This document shows, piece by piece, positions 50,601 to 60,197 of a stretch of 64,000 bases of DNA. Every line of letters starts with the position of its first letter. Position 1 is the first letter of the stretch. The DNA comes from Thermodesulfobacteriota bacterium. GTDB lineage: Bacteria; Desulfobacterota_D; UBA1144; Nemesobacterales; Nemesobacteraceae. The notes under the pieces were generated by a model. It was not told the origin of the DNA. It made no database searches and saw nothing but the letters and a program-made list of their open reading frames with translations. The translations under genes were made by a program, and so were the position numbers. The stretch is from contig OY763921.1 in assembly GCA_963667625.1 (NCBI GenBank), positions 1,132,359 to 1,196,358 on the forward strand, in the 5' to 3' direction.

Positions 50601-50934
50601 TTGGCTTGAGAGTGAAAATATTATTGGACCACGTAATGCCCATAGAGGGGATCTTGAAGCTATTGTCAATGTTACTAATGATAGTACGTTGTCAACAAAT
50701 TTACCACAATGTCAGAATGCAATCACCGAGGTATGGGGACAGCATTTAAAAGCAGCAAAGTTGTTAGCTAAAAATCTATTGGAAAAGATCAGCAGCAATA
50801 CAAAATTTGATATAGACATCGAAGAGCCTGTAGAAGTAATCGATGGGATACTGCTGGCGAAAATCGAGTTTATCGAGTCAGAAACAGTACATATCCCTCG
50901 ATCGAAAATAAACCGATTACTGGAGGAACTCTAA
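47632..50934 (+). CDS. Large hypothetical protein (1100 aa), first gene of a helicase + DUF1998 module. No P-loop or nuclease motif found. N-terminal DUF1232/YkvA-like segment.
   Basis: A long uninterrupted ORF in an AT-rich island. DVIPDEYGLIGVLDDMYIANLAVG resembles the YkvA/DUF1232 motif. No GxxxxGK[ST] anywhere. Confidence 0.5.
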   Translation: MNESGILTYKDRESLRRRIRESNSDSSISNEKLILHLSSVLQNQGVESEEEKIFQEYTFDLINVLRTADNKEASEIAQAVLNFIATNFQADAEERWKLPAKQRVYITSVAIKEISEIINLPKANEIHGLTVKERAEAEKLLLRFASVSDSVDLKNRNHAKNFIELYDREKQSRLMTRYLKNIKLLVRALESGDLNTEDRAWARGALSYIRLNRDVIPDEYGLIGVLDDMYIANLAVGLIRPSAPPLTELVLEFRKIWPILNGLIFSEDKSEYRYTDIASINSALVCMPLRGENQLRTALVLPFSGCTPNIIAIAAVFGAISVLAKKVKDGPDFKIGDLVRVDNTAVATYGGIYVFEGKEYIRLNQVTKKASEKQPEQTVTNLIPLQDSARLCPAKAGSKTQGEIQTYLKSTERELSAIENLLHLPHPLQFHSIDSHIWLISSADRMRSLAKDLRVHGQRLIDVFPMGHIKRDGTCEAWSARFGESECVLITVTDLDLAAEILEETEGTDRDLVIADLSGPNRNRISSLERVFDLDLNVLCIAEERDEGLISIVEQYNPDIWEWSGEEVSEIGKFPQSQSDSTHPFYKNDGRLIRAISGNTSTRAVQLESLEWCHATISAATKKVPLETEDKTLEFHEIYRKLFSIFLRLTRMPFQVDPEWFGNDEKVLSTLKEQLVSSVFMTEEEKKSLTDISMLIHKAGQALVNANPKWTEMYEILKSNPKAKVLIHNPAVIPDELQSEKKYILMKEACSTACEILIVPYWPGKDKSWKLLTEADVKEIVFLLYPYEADWYKSFVRHRELSRRSRTERRNSQAIFPKVGTWPKKTVMEKLSDNLSQTPHELDLVELNNSYRRTRIIKSIESMEKDVSVETRLVGFSGGGHAFLSSGYEARLATYLLESEAHANTENITISSAVLDNLNIGDVLIFLKGSDKDAIRKIADENLPEGMRNLAKLWQTALKGYVEKEKVSLEELVSLLSQQGCRKHRATVKNWLESENIIGPRNAHRGDLEAIVNVTNDSTLSTNLPQCQNAITEVWGQHLKAAKLLAKNLLEKISSNTKFDIDIEEPVEVIDGILLAKIEFIESETVHIPRSKINRLLEEL

Positions 50935-50992
50935 TCTAAGGATGATCCCCAAACAATTTACCCTGACATTAGACGATGAAGGAGACTAGTTC

Positions 50993-52909
50993 GTGAAGGA
51001 CAAAAAAGAAAAAACACTCTCACCTGTGGAGGAATTTCGTGCGGTGTTGATTGACCAGTTACATAAGGAACTGGTAGGCCCCAACCCCCTTCTGGGCGAC
51101 TTGGAAGAGATATTGGATGAATCTCCTAGGCAAAGATATTGTGCGGGCATACTGTTTCCTTCAAATGTTCTAAATAAGGAAACAGAAGATTATGACGAGA
51201 ATGGTAAGGAGATCAGGGAGATGGAAGGACATGAAATTGATCTTGCCAAAAAAGAAGTTCGTCACTCCAAGGCCGGAGAAGCAGAGACTCTGGATGAGTA
51301 TGATGACACAATCACAATGGCAAACACCTATATGCCTTCTGCAATGGGAATTTCCTTTTTATGCGATAATTCGCCTAGAGGTCTTAAAGTGGTGACGAGT
51401 GCTGCTATCTATAAAACAGCAAAGCGTAAAGTTGAAGAGCGCGAATTTAACACATGGATCCGTAATCCTCTGGATTTGCCGGTATTGACGATTAGTCTTG
51501 AGGTTGATAGCAAAGATATAAGAATCGTTGAGCAAAAACTGAGAGGAAACCTTAAAATTAAAGCTGTCATCAGACGCAGAAATGATGACTCACGGCTCGT
51601 GACAGTCTCTATGTATAACACGAAAGTTAATTCGAGCTCTGGTCCTGTCTCTGTTACAGATTGTTTTTTTCAGTCCAGTTTTAAAGTTTTCTCACCTGAT
51701 GGTTCAACTATTTTCAGAGCCTATCAAGAAATGGCAACAGAATCTGAAGATCCCGAAGAAACAAGCCTTCGTTTACTTTATAGAAACCGACTTTCCTTTG
51801 GGGTCGGGCATGGTTGTGCTGTCAAGTGGTCCAAGGCACAGGGTGGCAAGGTAGACTGTGTTGAAACAGACTCACTTCCTTTTCAAAAAATTCCACCTGT
51901 CGAACCCCGGGGTGGCCAAGGCGAAGAATTAAACATGGTTAGCTTGGCTGGAGGTCTGGATGGTAAGAAACAAGAAATAGTCCCAGACATATTACAGGCG
52001 CTTGTGAACGACTATTCGTCGTGGATAGAGGGCATTTTAACAGAAGCAGCTAGGTTTCAATCTCCCCTGAAGGAAGCAGCCGACAGACATATAGATCTAT
52101 GCCAGAAAGCCCGCGACAGAATACAAGACGGAATTGCCGTTCTGAAATCTAACCCGGTTGCGCTGAGTGCATTTTGTATGGCAAACAAAGCGATGCTTAT
52201 GCAACAGTATCACAACAAAAGAAGCTCTAGGTCTACCAATGAAGGGTGGTTAGATATCAGTAAGGACTATAACCCTGTAGAACCTTGGATGGGACGATGG
52301 CGTACTTTTCAGTTGGCATTTATTCTCATGAATCTTGGCACGGTAACACCCGATGCTAAAGGCAAATTTTCACCAGAACGTAATCTGGTGGATCTGATCT
52401 GGTTCCCGACAGGTGGCGGTAAAACAGAAGCTTACTTAGGTTTGGCGGCATACACCATATTTCTTAGGCGACTTTTACAACCCAAGAATGCGGGTTGCAC
52501 TGTATTGATGCGTTACACACTTAGATTGTTAACAGCTCAGCAGTTTCAAAGAGCGGCTGCTTTGATCTGCGCTTGCGAATCTTTAAGGTGTAAATCACCG
52601 GAATTGCTGGGTGAAGAAGTTATTTCAATTGGTCTATGGGTAGGTCAGTCTTTAACACCCAATACACGTAAAGAAGCTATAGGAGCACTAAATGAATTAG
52701 TAAAAAATCCTCATGGCGGTGAAAACAAATTTCAGTTATTAAAATGTCCATGGTGTGGTACGAGGCTGGATGAAGAAGGCAAGCTGGGTTACAGAGTAAC
52801 GGGAAAAACACCAAAAAGAATACTGTTTGTTTGTCCTGAAGATCGTTATAGCGCGACAATCAAGATTGAACTGTTGCGACAATCAAGATTGAACTCTGGG
52901 TGTCGCTGA
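50993..52909 (+). pseudogene. SF2 helicase (DrmA-like), N-terminal fragment, interrupted by an IS21-family insertion after helicase motifs I/Ia
   Basis: A large N-terminal domain followed by motif I WFPTGGGKTEAYLG and motif Ia LRLLTAQQF. The ORF then reads into the insertion-sequence terminal repeat and stops. Confidence 0.7.
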
Positions 52910-52941
52910 TTGTGAGACGATACCGGCATATCTGACAGATA

Positions 52942-53796
52942 TCAATCTCCAGTTTTCGAGGTCAAACCCTTCGAGTTTTTCTCGGTAGCGTATTTCGCGG
53001 GTCTGCCCCGTTTTTTCTTCACCTCCTCCTTCTTTTTCTCCATCGCATGACGCAACCTGTAGCTCTCCACGTTCATTTCAAGGATTACGCAGTGATGCAC
53101 AAGGCGATCCACTGCCGCCACAGCCGTATTTTCGTCAGGAAATACGTTTTTCCATTCCTCAAAGGGCTGATTCGCCGTAATAAGCAGTGACCTGCTCTCA
53201 TAACGGTTCGATATAAGCTCAAACAGCACCCTGGTTTCATCCCGATCTTTGCGTACGTACGCAAGATCATCGAGAATCAGCAGGTCATAACGGTTGAGTC
53301 GCTCAAGCATACTCTCCAGACGAAGCTCTCTATGGGCCATCTGAAGTCTCTGCACAAGGTCCGTCGTGCGGGTGAACATAACTCTTTTGCCCTGTTCCAC
53401 CAAGGCAAGCCCTATGGCCGAGGCAAGATGACTCTTCCCCACCCCCGGAGGTCCGAAGATTATCACGTTGTGACCTCCTTTGAGCCATGAATCGGTTGAA
53501 GCAAGCGCTCTTACCCTTGCCATGGATATAGTGGGAACCACAGAGAAGTCGAAGTTATCAAGACTCTTGCCGGCTATGAGATGAGCTTCGCTCAGGTGGC
53601 GCTGTATTCTCCTGCGCCCTCGCTCCGCGAGTTCGAGCTCGGCAAGCGCCCACAGCAGTCTTCCCGCCGGCCACCCCTCCCTGTCCGCCCGCTCGGCGAA
53701 CTGTTCCCAGGTGTTCTTTATGGCAGGCATTCTGAGTTCGGAGAACATCAGGGTAAGTCCCAGAGAATCTATTTTTGTGTTTTCTTTCGTGTTCAT
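52942..53796 (-). CDS. istB: IS21-family helper ATPase IstB
   Basis: 284 aa, Walker A GPPGVGKSHLA, DnaC-like AAA+. Confidence 0.9.
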   Translation of the reverse strand: MNTKENTKIDSLGLTLMFSELRMPAIKNTWEQFAERADREGWPAGRLLWALAELELAERGRRRIQRHLSEAHLIAGKSLDNFDFSVVPTISMARVRALASTDSWLKGGHNVIIFGPPGVGKSHLASAIGLALVEQGKRVMFTRTTDLVQRLQMAHRELRLESMLERLNRYDLLILDDLAYVRKDRDETRVLFELISNRYESRSLLITANQPFEEWKNVFPDENTAVAAVDRLVHHCVILEMNVESYRLRHAMEKKKEEVKKKRGRPAKYATEKNSKGLTSKTGD

Positions 53797-53822
53797 TGTT
53801 TTTCTCCTTTTTCTTCAATAAG

Positions 53823-55316
53823 TCAAAATAACGGCGTGTAGCTTGAAAGATCTCCCGCCTGGACGTCCACTTCCCTCATCGGCCCCGCTTTCATTGTGAA
53901 ACGCTCCTTGAGTCCGTCCATATCGGGCAGTTCTCCAGAGTTTACCGTGTCCCTTATCGCAAGCGCCAACTGGTCTTCACAGCTCTGCTCATGGGCCAGG
54001 GCAAGCAGTTTTACCGTGATTCTGCACGCCTCGCGCCTTCCAAGAAGTGAAAGAGCGAGCTCAAAACACTTTTTGTATTCCTCCCTTGGAAACAGTTCGT
54101 TGCGGTACACAAGATTCATAAGCGCTCCCGGCTTTTTCTTCAGAGAGTGAACCACATGATGGTAATTCACCTCGTAAACCGTTTTATCGCCGTCTTTTCG
54201 CCTTCTGGGAAGCGTCAGCTGATGACGGCCCCCGAAGTGCAGCTCTATGTTCGCATCATATACACGGGCCTCAAGACGGTGCCCTATGAGGCGGGAGGGA
54301 ACGGTATAGAACACTCCTTTGAGCAGAAAGCCGCCTGATGAGGTTACTGTCACGCTGTGGCGCTCATGCCAGGGCGCGGAACCCGCGGGAAGGGACCTCA
54401 GGGTTTTTCTCTCCGCTTCTATGCGCTCCGTTCTGCGGGCATTTATGTTCGAGGTCACCTCGGCAACAAAGTCGCGGTACTCTTCGATTTCCGCAAAGTC
54501 CCGGGACCCCCGAAGCTCTAAAGCGTCAGCTATTTCCCTTTTGAGATGACCGTGAGCCCCCTCTATGGCCCCGTTCTCATGGGCAACGCCCTTGTTGTTT
54601 CTCGTAGCTTCCATTCCGTAATGAGCGCAAAGATCCTCATATCTTCTGGTCATGTCTTTTTTCTGATCCTTGCTGAGGTTCTTGAATGCCGCGGAGAGTG
54701 AATCGGTGCGGTTCTCCGCGGGAGTTCCGCCGAGAGTCCGCAATGCCGCTTCAAGCCCCTGGGAGAAGGCGACGAAGCTTTCTCCTCCCTCAACTACGCT
54801 TGCGTGGACAAAGCCCGACCACGGGAGTCTGAAGTGAAAGAGCATATGATCAAACTGTCTTCTGGCGATTGTGACCTCAGCATCTCTCATCCTGGTAAAA
54901 TCGGAGATGCCCATATCTCCGGCTTTCTTGTTCTGGCGGAATATGACCTCTTTATCGGGGCCGTGTTCGGTTCTCCAGGTCCTTATACGCCTCTCAAGGG
55001 TGCGGCGAACCCCTGAGTCAAGCTCCGGATTGTTGCGAAGAAGCTCGTAAAAGACCGTAGAGGGCCTTATATCGGGACAATTACGAAGAATGGGGAGTAC
55101 CTGGGAGTCCCAGATGCCTTCAAGAGGGTCTGGGCGACGCCTCCCTCGGGGCTTTCTCTCCTTTTTCTGCTCTGTTCCAAGTTCTTTTTTGATCTGAAAG
55201 CCTGATGTGCGACCGAAGCCCGACTTGGCCGCAGCCGTTTCTGCTGAGAGTTTTTCTTCGGTGATGAGTTTCATGAATTTCCTCCTTTGTTCATCGGTTA
55301 TGTGTTGACCCGGCAT
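53823..55316 (-). CDS. istA: IS21-family transposase IstA
   Basis: 497 aa with an N-terminal HTH and a DDE integrase core. Confidence 0.9.
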   Translation of the reverse strand: MPGQHITDEQRRKFMKLITEEKLSAETAAAKSGFGRTSGFQIKKELGTEQKKERKPRGRRRPDPLEGIWDSQVLPILRNCPDIRPSTVFYELLRNNPELDSGVRRTLERRIRTWRTEHGPDKEVIFRQNKKAGDMGISDFTRMRDAEVTIARRQFDHMLFHFRLPWSGFVHASVVEGGESFVAFSQGLEAALRTLGGTPAENRTDSLSAAFKNLSKDQKKDMTRRYEDLCAHYGMEATRNNKGVAHENGAIEGAHGHLKREIADALELRGSRDFAEIEEYRDFVAEVTSNINARRTERIEAERKTLRSLPAGSAPWHERHSVTVTSSGGFLLKGVFYTVPSRLIGHRLEARVYDANIELHFGGRHQLTLPRRRKDGDKTVYEVNYHHVVHSLKKKPGALMNLVYRNELFPREEYKKCFELALSLLGRREACRITVKLLALAHEQSCEDQLALAIRDTVNSGELPDMDGLKERFTMKAGPMREVDVQAGDLSSYTPLF

Positions 55317-55487
55317 TGAAACCTCCTGTTCAAAGAAAATGAACAGAAGGCTTTACCAAATCAGCGACGAATACTGAAGGAAATTCTTCCCCCGGGATGG
55401 TGTCTGAAACTCCAGTCGGGCTACGCCCTCCTTCCGTTTCAGACACCATCCTCAGAGTTCAATCTTGATTGTCGCGCTAGTTCGAAG

Positions 55488-56972
55488 TTGATTGACGCGG
55501 TAGATCGTTGTGAGTTTAGTTCCTTAAAGAATCCATTGCCTGTTCTTGTTACGGATGAAGACATCTATGAGAACCCACCTGCATTACTTATAGGAACTGT
55601 GGATAAATTTGCCATGCTTGCTTGGCGTGGCCAAGCTTCCAGCCTGTTTGGAAAGGGTAAAAATGTCTTGCCACCGGAGTTGATAATTCAAGATGAACTA
55701 CACCTCATATCTGGCCCTCTGGGAACCTTTGTAGGTCTATATGAGGGAGTGATAGAACTGCTTTGTACAAGAAAAGATGGAACAAAGCCGAAAATTGTGG
55801 GTTCTACAGCCACAATAAGAAGAGCTGGTGATCAGTGTAAAGCACTCTATAATCGGGAAACTTTTCAATTCCCACCTCCAGGTATTGATTCCTCTGACTC
55901 ATACTTTGCTAAGGAGAATAATAACACTCCCGGTAGAATTTATATGGGCGTGTTTCCTACAGCCTCTCCATCTTTTGTCACAGCATTGGTTCGGACTGCT
56001 TCAAGTGTGTTGCAGGGAGTGAAAACTATAGATCTACCCGAGGGAGCGGATGAGAGCGTTCGGGATCCTTATTGGACTTTGGTTGAGTATTTCAACAGCT
56101 TGAGAGAATTAGGTCGGGCATTGACGTTACTACAGGCAGACATACCTGAATATATGTGGGTAGTTGCCAGTCGTTTAAAACTGCCAAAGGAAAAAGTTAG
56201 AAATCTTTACTCCATTGAAGAGCTTACTAGTCGCAAAAGCGCACAGGAAATTCCTGAAATCTTGGAAACGCTTAGTTTTTCTTGGCCTTTTGAAAAAGAA
56301 TCAAAAAAACGCCCCATTGATGCCCTGCTGGCCACAAACATGTTTTCTGTTGGTGTAGATGTCGATAGGCTGGGGTTGATGTCAATTGTGGGGCAACCTA
56401 AAAGCACATCTGAATATATTCAATCCAGTAGCCGGGTAGGACGTTCAAAGGATGCGCCCGGTTTAGTGATAGTTATGTATAATCCGGGCAAACCCCGTGA
56501 TCGTTCTCATTTTGAACAATTCCGAACTTATCACTCGGCACTTTATCGTTACGTTGAACCTACCAGTGTTACGCCCTATTCGATACCGGTTATGGAGCGT
56601 GCTTTACATTCATTGTTAGTGATTATTGGTCGTCATATAGCTGGTTGGAAAGATCCAGCAGATGCGGACTTTGATTCTCCCGAGGTCAATACAGCTTTGA
56701 GTGCTATAGTTGATCGATGCAAGGCAATTGACCCAGATCATCTTGAGATACTTGAAGAAAGATTCGAAGATTTAAAAAAACGTTGGTTAACTGCAGGTTT
56801 TGATACTTGGGGTACTCTTGGCAATCCTGATAAGTATAGACTACCGTTGATGTACCCAGCCGGCTCATCAGAATTAAGTGACTGGAACAGCAACAGTTGG
56901 GCAACTCCTAGCTCTATGCGGTTTGTCGACACAGAGTGTGAAGCAGAGGTTATCCATATTTACCCAGTATAG
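55488..56972 (+). pseudogene. SF2 helicase (DrmA-like), C-terminal fragment. Motif II DELH onward plus the helicase C-terminal domain.
   Basis: LIIQDELHLISGPLG (motif II), TATIRRAGDQ (motif III-like), LLATNMFSVGVDVDRLGLM and SSRVGRS (motifs V/VI). It continues the ORF interrupted at 52.9 kb. Confidence 0.7.
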
Positions 56973-56984
56973 AGAGGAAGTCTG

Positions 56985-58832
56985 ATGGCCAACAGAGAAA
57001 GAAGAATACGTAAGTCACAAATGATCTCACCTTACGGTGTTGGTGCAATAGTTGAATTTCCCAAAGAAACGTTAATGCATGCTGGCCTAGATGCTTGGAA
57101 TCCAGCAGAAGAACAAACCTTGTCTGATGATCGATTGGCTCGGCGACTTAAAGTCAAAATGTTTTACGAACCAGCACAAGCACCGGAGAAGAACAAACCG
57201 GGGAAGTGCATTCCTTTTGTCAGATTCCCTTTATGGCATGTTTGTCCTCGTTGTCGTGCCATGAAAAAGGTAGGATGGAATGCGAGACACCGACCCGTTT
57301 GTGACAGCGATCTAAAACCGCTATTTAACGGGTTGCCTTGCAGCAGATTTACTAAAAAGTGGCAAAAACCGATTATGGTGCCGGTGCGTTTTGTGATGGC
57401 TTGTAATCATGGCCATGTGGTTGACTTTCCTTGGATTGAGTGGGCTCATTCCTCCAAAGGGAAAAAGATTAGGAAAGGAACCGAGGTGTGTGACAGTCCC
57501 AAATTACGTCTCAGGGTTACAGGTCGGTCTGGATTAACAGGACTAAGTGTTAAATGTGAGAATTGTGGTACAGGTCGATCTCTGGCAGGTGCCACAGGTC
57601 CTAAAACGTTCATAGATTTCGGCTGTGGTGGTGAACGTCCTTGGTTAGGGCCAGAAGCAAGAGAAGACTGTAAGAGCGGAGTTCCACCTAGAGTTACTCA
57701 TAGGGGTGCAACCAATATTTATTTCCCAAAAGTAATTAGTTCAATTTTGATACCCCCTTATTCGACACATGTTAGACGGATAATCAGTAGACCCAAAAAC
57801 TGGAGCTTGATTAATAATAGCGTAGATGCTGACAGTAATATTAATGAAGAACAGGTCAAGTTGCTTTCTAAAATTTGGGAAATAGAATTTGATGATCTCT
57901 TGACAGCTATCAGAGACAAGCTAAGTGGTGAAACTCGACAGTCAGATCAAACAGAGGATGAGTATCGCCACGAAGAATACAAAGCTTTCAAGGTTGGGAA
58001 AAATCGCAAAACTACTGATGATCTGAATGTAAATCCACAAGATCTGTCCACCTATGACCAAGATATTGCACGGTATTTCAAAACCATCATTTTGGTGGAG
58101 AAGCTCACTGAAACCAGAGTCCTGACTGGCTTTACAAGAATAAATCCCCCTGATTCAGGGAACGTAACCGCCACTAGGACTGCTTCGCTATCAAAACAAC
58201 AGAAAGACTGGTTACCGGCAGTACGAGGGTACGGTGAGGGTATATTTTTCACAATTAAACAGTCGATTTTGGACGAATGGTCAAAGAATGACATGGTCTT
58301 AAAAAGGGTTAAGAAGCTAAACGATCGTCAGAATAAGATCCGTACTAGTCAGGGATATGCACCACGAGAGATTATGCCCGCATTCGTTTTGCTGCATAGT
58401 CTTGCTCATATCTTAATTAACCGTTTAAGCTTTAATTGTGGCTATGGAAGCTCGTCGTTAAGGGAAAGAATTTATTGTCGTCAAGAGGGAGAAGGAAAGA
58501 TGGCAGGGGTTTTGATATACACGTCTGCATCTGATTCAGAAGGAACTCTTGGTGGTTTGGTAAGACAAGGCCAACATGGGCGCTTCGAATCGGTACTTAG
58601 ACAGTCCTTGCTTGATGCTCTGAATTGTTCCTCAGACCCATTGTGTATAGAAAGTGAGGGGCAGGGGGCAGATGCACTGAACCTTGCAGCTTGTCACGCT
58701 TGCGCACTGTTACCAGAGACGAGTTGTGAAGAAGGCAATCGCTTGCTCGACAGATTGCTACTTGTGGGCATGCCTCAACAATATGATGTAGGATACTTTG
58801 GTAGTCTAGTAAATAATTTGTTAAGTGGCTAA
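56985..58832 (+). CDS. DUF1998-domain protein (DrmB-like)
   Basis: 615 aa. A Cys cluster CPRCRAMKK...CENCGTGRS and a C-terminal CHACALLPETSCEEGN. It follows the helicase gene after 12 nt, as in the DISARM drmA-drmB pair. Confidence 0.6.
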   Translation: MANRERRIRKSQMISPYGVGAIVEFPKETLMHAGLDAWNPAEEQTLSDDRLARRLKVKMFYEPAQAPEKNKPGKCIPFVRFPLWHVCPRCRAMKKVGWNARHRPVCDSDLKPLFNGLPCSRFTKKWQKPIMVPVRFVMACNHGHVVDFPWIEWAHSSKGKKIRKGTEVCDSPKLRLRVTGRSGLTGLSVKCENCGTGRSLAGATGPKTFIDFGCGGERPWLGPEAREDCKSGVPPRVTHRGATNIYFPKVISSILIPPYSTHVRRIISRPKNWSLINNSVDADSNINEEQVKLLSKIWEIEFDDLLTAIRDKLSGETRQSDQTEDEYRHEEYKAFKVGKNRKTTDDLNVNPQDLSTYDQDIARYFKTIILVEKLTETRVLTGFTRINPPDSGNVTATRTASLSKQQKDWLPAVRGYGEGIFFTIKQSILDEWSKNDMVLKRVKKLNDRQNKIRTSQGYAPREIMPAFVLLHSLAHILINRLSFNCGYGSSSLRERIYCRQEGEGKMAGVLIYTSASDSEGTLGGLVRQGQHGRFESVLRQSLLDALNCSSDPLCIESEGQGADALNLAACHACALLPETSCEEGNRLLDRLLLVGMPQQYDVGYFGSLVNNLLSG

Positions 58833-58844
58833 CTCGAAAATTTC

Positions 58845-59243
58845 ATGAACTCTCTTTTTCGTAAAATTCTAAGTATAGGACTTTTCTTACCCTTGGCTTT
58901 TTTTATCGCCTTCCAAGTGAATGCGGATACACTTGAGGATCAAATCGCCGAAATCTCGGGAGAACTCATGTGTCCCGTATGCGAGGGCCAGAGCGTCGCG
59001 GAGTCAAACGCCCAGCTTGCCAGGGACATGAGGGCCGTAATAAAAACAAAGCTGCTTGAAGGCAAGTCAAAGGAAGAAATAATAGATTATTTCGTCTCAA
59101 GCTACGGAGAAACTATTCTCGCATCTCCTCCGCCCAGAGGATTCAGCGTAATATTATGGCTCCTGCCCGTACTTTCCGTACTTATCGGCGGAGCGATAAT
59201 CCTGAGAACCGTTTACTCATACAGGGTTGAGGAAAAAAAATAG
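58845..59243 (+). CDS. ccmH: Cytochrome c-type biogenesis protein CcmH
   Basis: Signal peptide, LMCPVCEGQSVAESNAQLARDMR (the CcmH CxxC motif) and a C-terminal TM segment. Confidence 0.85.
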   Translation: MNSLFRKILSIGLFLPLAFFIAFQVNADTLEDQIAEISGELMCPVCEGQSVAESNAQLARDMRAVIKTKLLEGKSKEEIIDYFVSSYGETILASPPPRGFSVILWLLPVLSVLIGGAIILRTVYSYRVEEKK

Positions 59244-59255
59244 TCGCGGAGATGG

Positions 59256-60188
59256 TCAGCAGAAAAATTCTCTACATGCCTCAAGTATCGGGGCATTCCC
59301 TCTTTCGGAGTCAAACCACTTTATGTCTTCATCCGCGCGAAGCCAAGTGGACTGTCTTTTGGAAAACCTTTTCGTGTCCGTCTTTATTTTTTCAACCACC
59401 ATCTTAAAATCAAGCCGATCGTCCAGAAATTCGTTGATCCTCTTGTAACCTATGGACTTCATAGGCTTTAAGCCGGGTCCGTATCCCTTGGCCCTTATAG
59501 CTTTTACTTCTTCAACCCAGCCGCGGTCGATCATTGAGTCAACCCTTTCGTCTATAGCACGGCGCAGCCGCCCCCGGTCCCCGAGGAGGCCTATCTTAAG
59601 CGCGTTAAATCTCTGTTCCGCAAAACCGTGGCGTTGATGATGATTCGACATGCGCTCGCCTGTTGTGTGATACACCTCAAGTGCCCGTTCAATTCTCACG
59701 TAATCGTTCGGATTTATCCGCTCCGCGGATACCGGGTCTACAGCCTCAAGCTTTTTGTGAAGCCACACCACTCCTTTTTCATCTCTCTCCAGCGCGAGAC
59801 GCTTTCTGAATTCGCGATCAATCTCAACACCTTCGAGGAGCCCGTAAAGAAGAGCCTTGACGTAAAGAAAAGTTCCTCCGACCACGACTATTTTCCTGTC
59901 GCCCTCAACGAGCCTCCCGATGTGGTCAAGGGCAAGTCTCATGTACGTGCCGGCGTTAAAATCCTCGTCGGGATCCGCGACATCTATGAGGAAATGGGGA
60001 ATCTTCTGTCTTTGCTCCTCGGTGGGTTTGGCACTGCCTATATCGAAATGCCTGTAGACCTGAACGGAATCGGCGCTTACTATGCAAGCACCGGTTTTTC
60101 GGGCTATTTCCAGCGCCATTTCGGTCTTGCCCGAAGCCGTAGGTCCTAAGACAACTATCAGCTTCGGTTTTTCCCGGGAAAGACTCAA
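59256..60188 (-). CDS. miaA: tRNA dimethylallyltransferase
   Basis: LIVVLGPTASGKTEMALEIA P-loop and the IPHFLIDV motif. Confidence 0.9.
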   Translation of the reverse strand: MSLSREKPKLIVVLGPTASGKTEMALEIARKTGACIVSADSVQVYRHFDIGSAKPTEEQRQKIPHFLIDVADPDEDFNAGTYMRLALDHIGRLVEGDRKIVVVGGTFLYVKALLYGLLEGVEIDREFRKRLALERDEKGVVWLHKKLEAVDPVSAERINPNDYVRIERALEVYHTTGERMSNHHQRHGFAEQRFNALKIGLLGDRGRLRRAIDERVDSMIDRGWVEEVKAIRAKGYGPGLKPMKSIGYKRINEFLDDRLDFKMVVEKIKTDTKRFSKRQSTWLRADEDIKWFDSERGNAPILEACREFFC

Positions 60189-60197
60189 CTGTGCGGG

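Larger units (their letters stand above)
52850..55480. mobile_element. IS21-family insertion sequence (~2.6 kb, istA + istB). Boundaries approximate.
   Basis: Terminal repeat CGACAATCAAGATTGAACTCTG(G/A)G at 52877-52900 and inverted at 55451-55476. An additional direct copy GCGCGACAATCAAGATTGAACT lies at 52851-52872. The istA and istB ORFs lie inside. Confidence 0.8.

Noticed and set aside
52851-52900. Tandem 22-25-bp direct repeats that could be mistaken for a CRISPR-like or regulatory repeat
   Set aside because: There are only two direct copies plus one inverted copy 2.6 kb away bracketing istA and istB. This is the multi-repeat terminus of an IS21-family element, not a CRISPR array.
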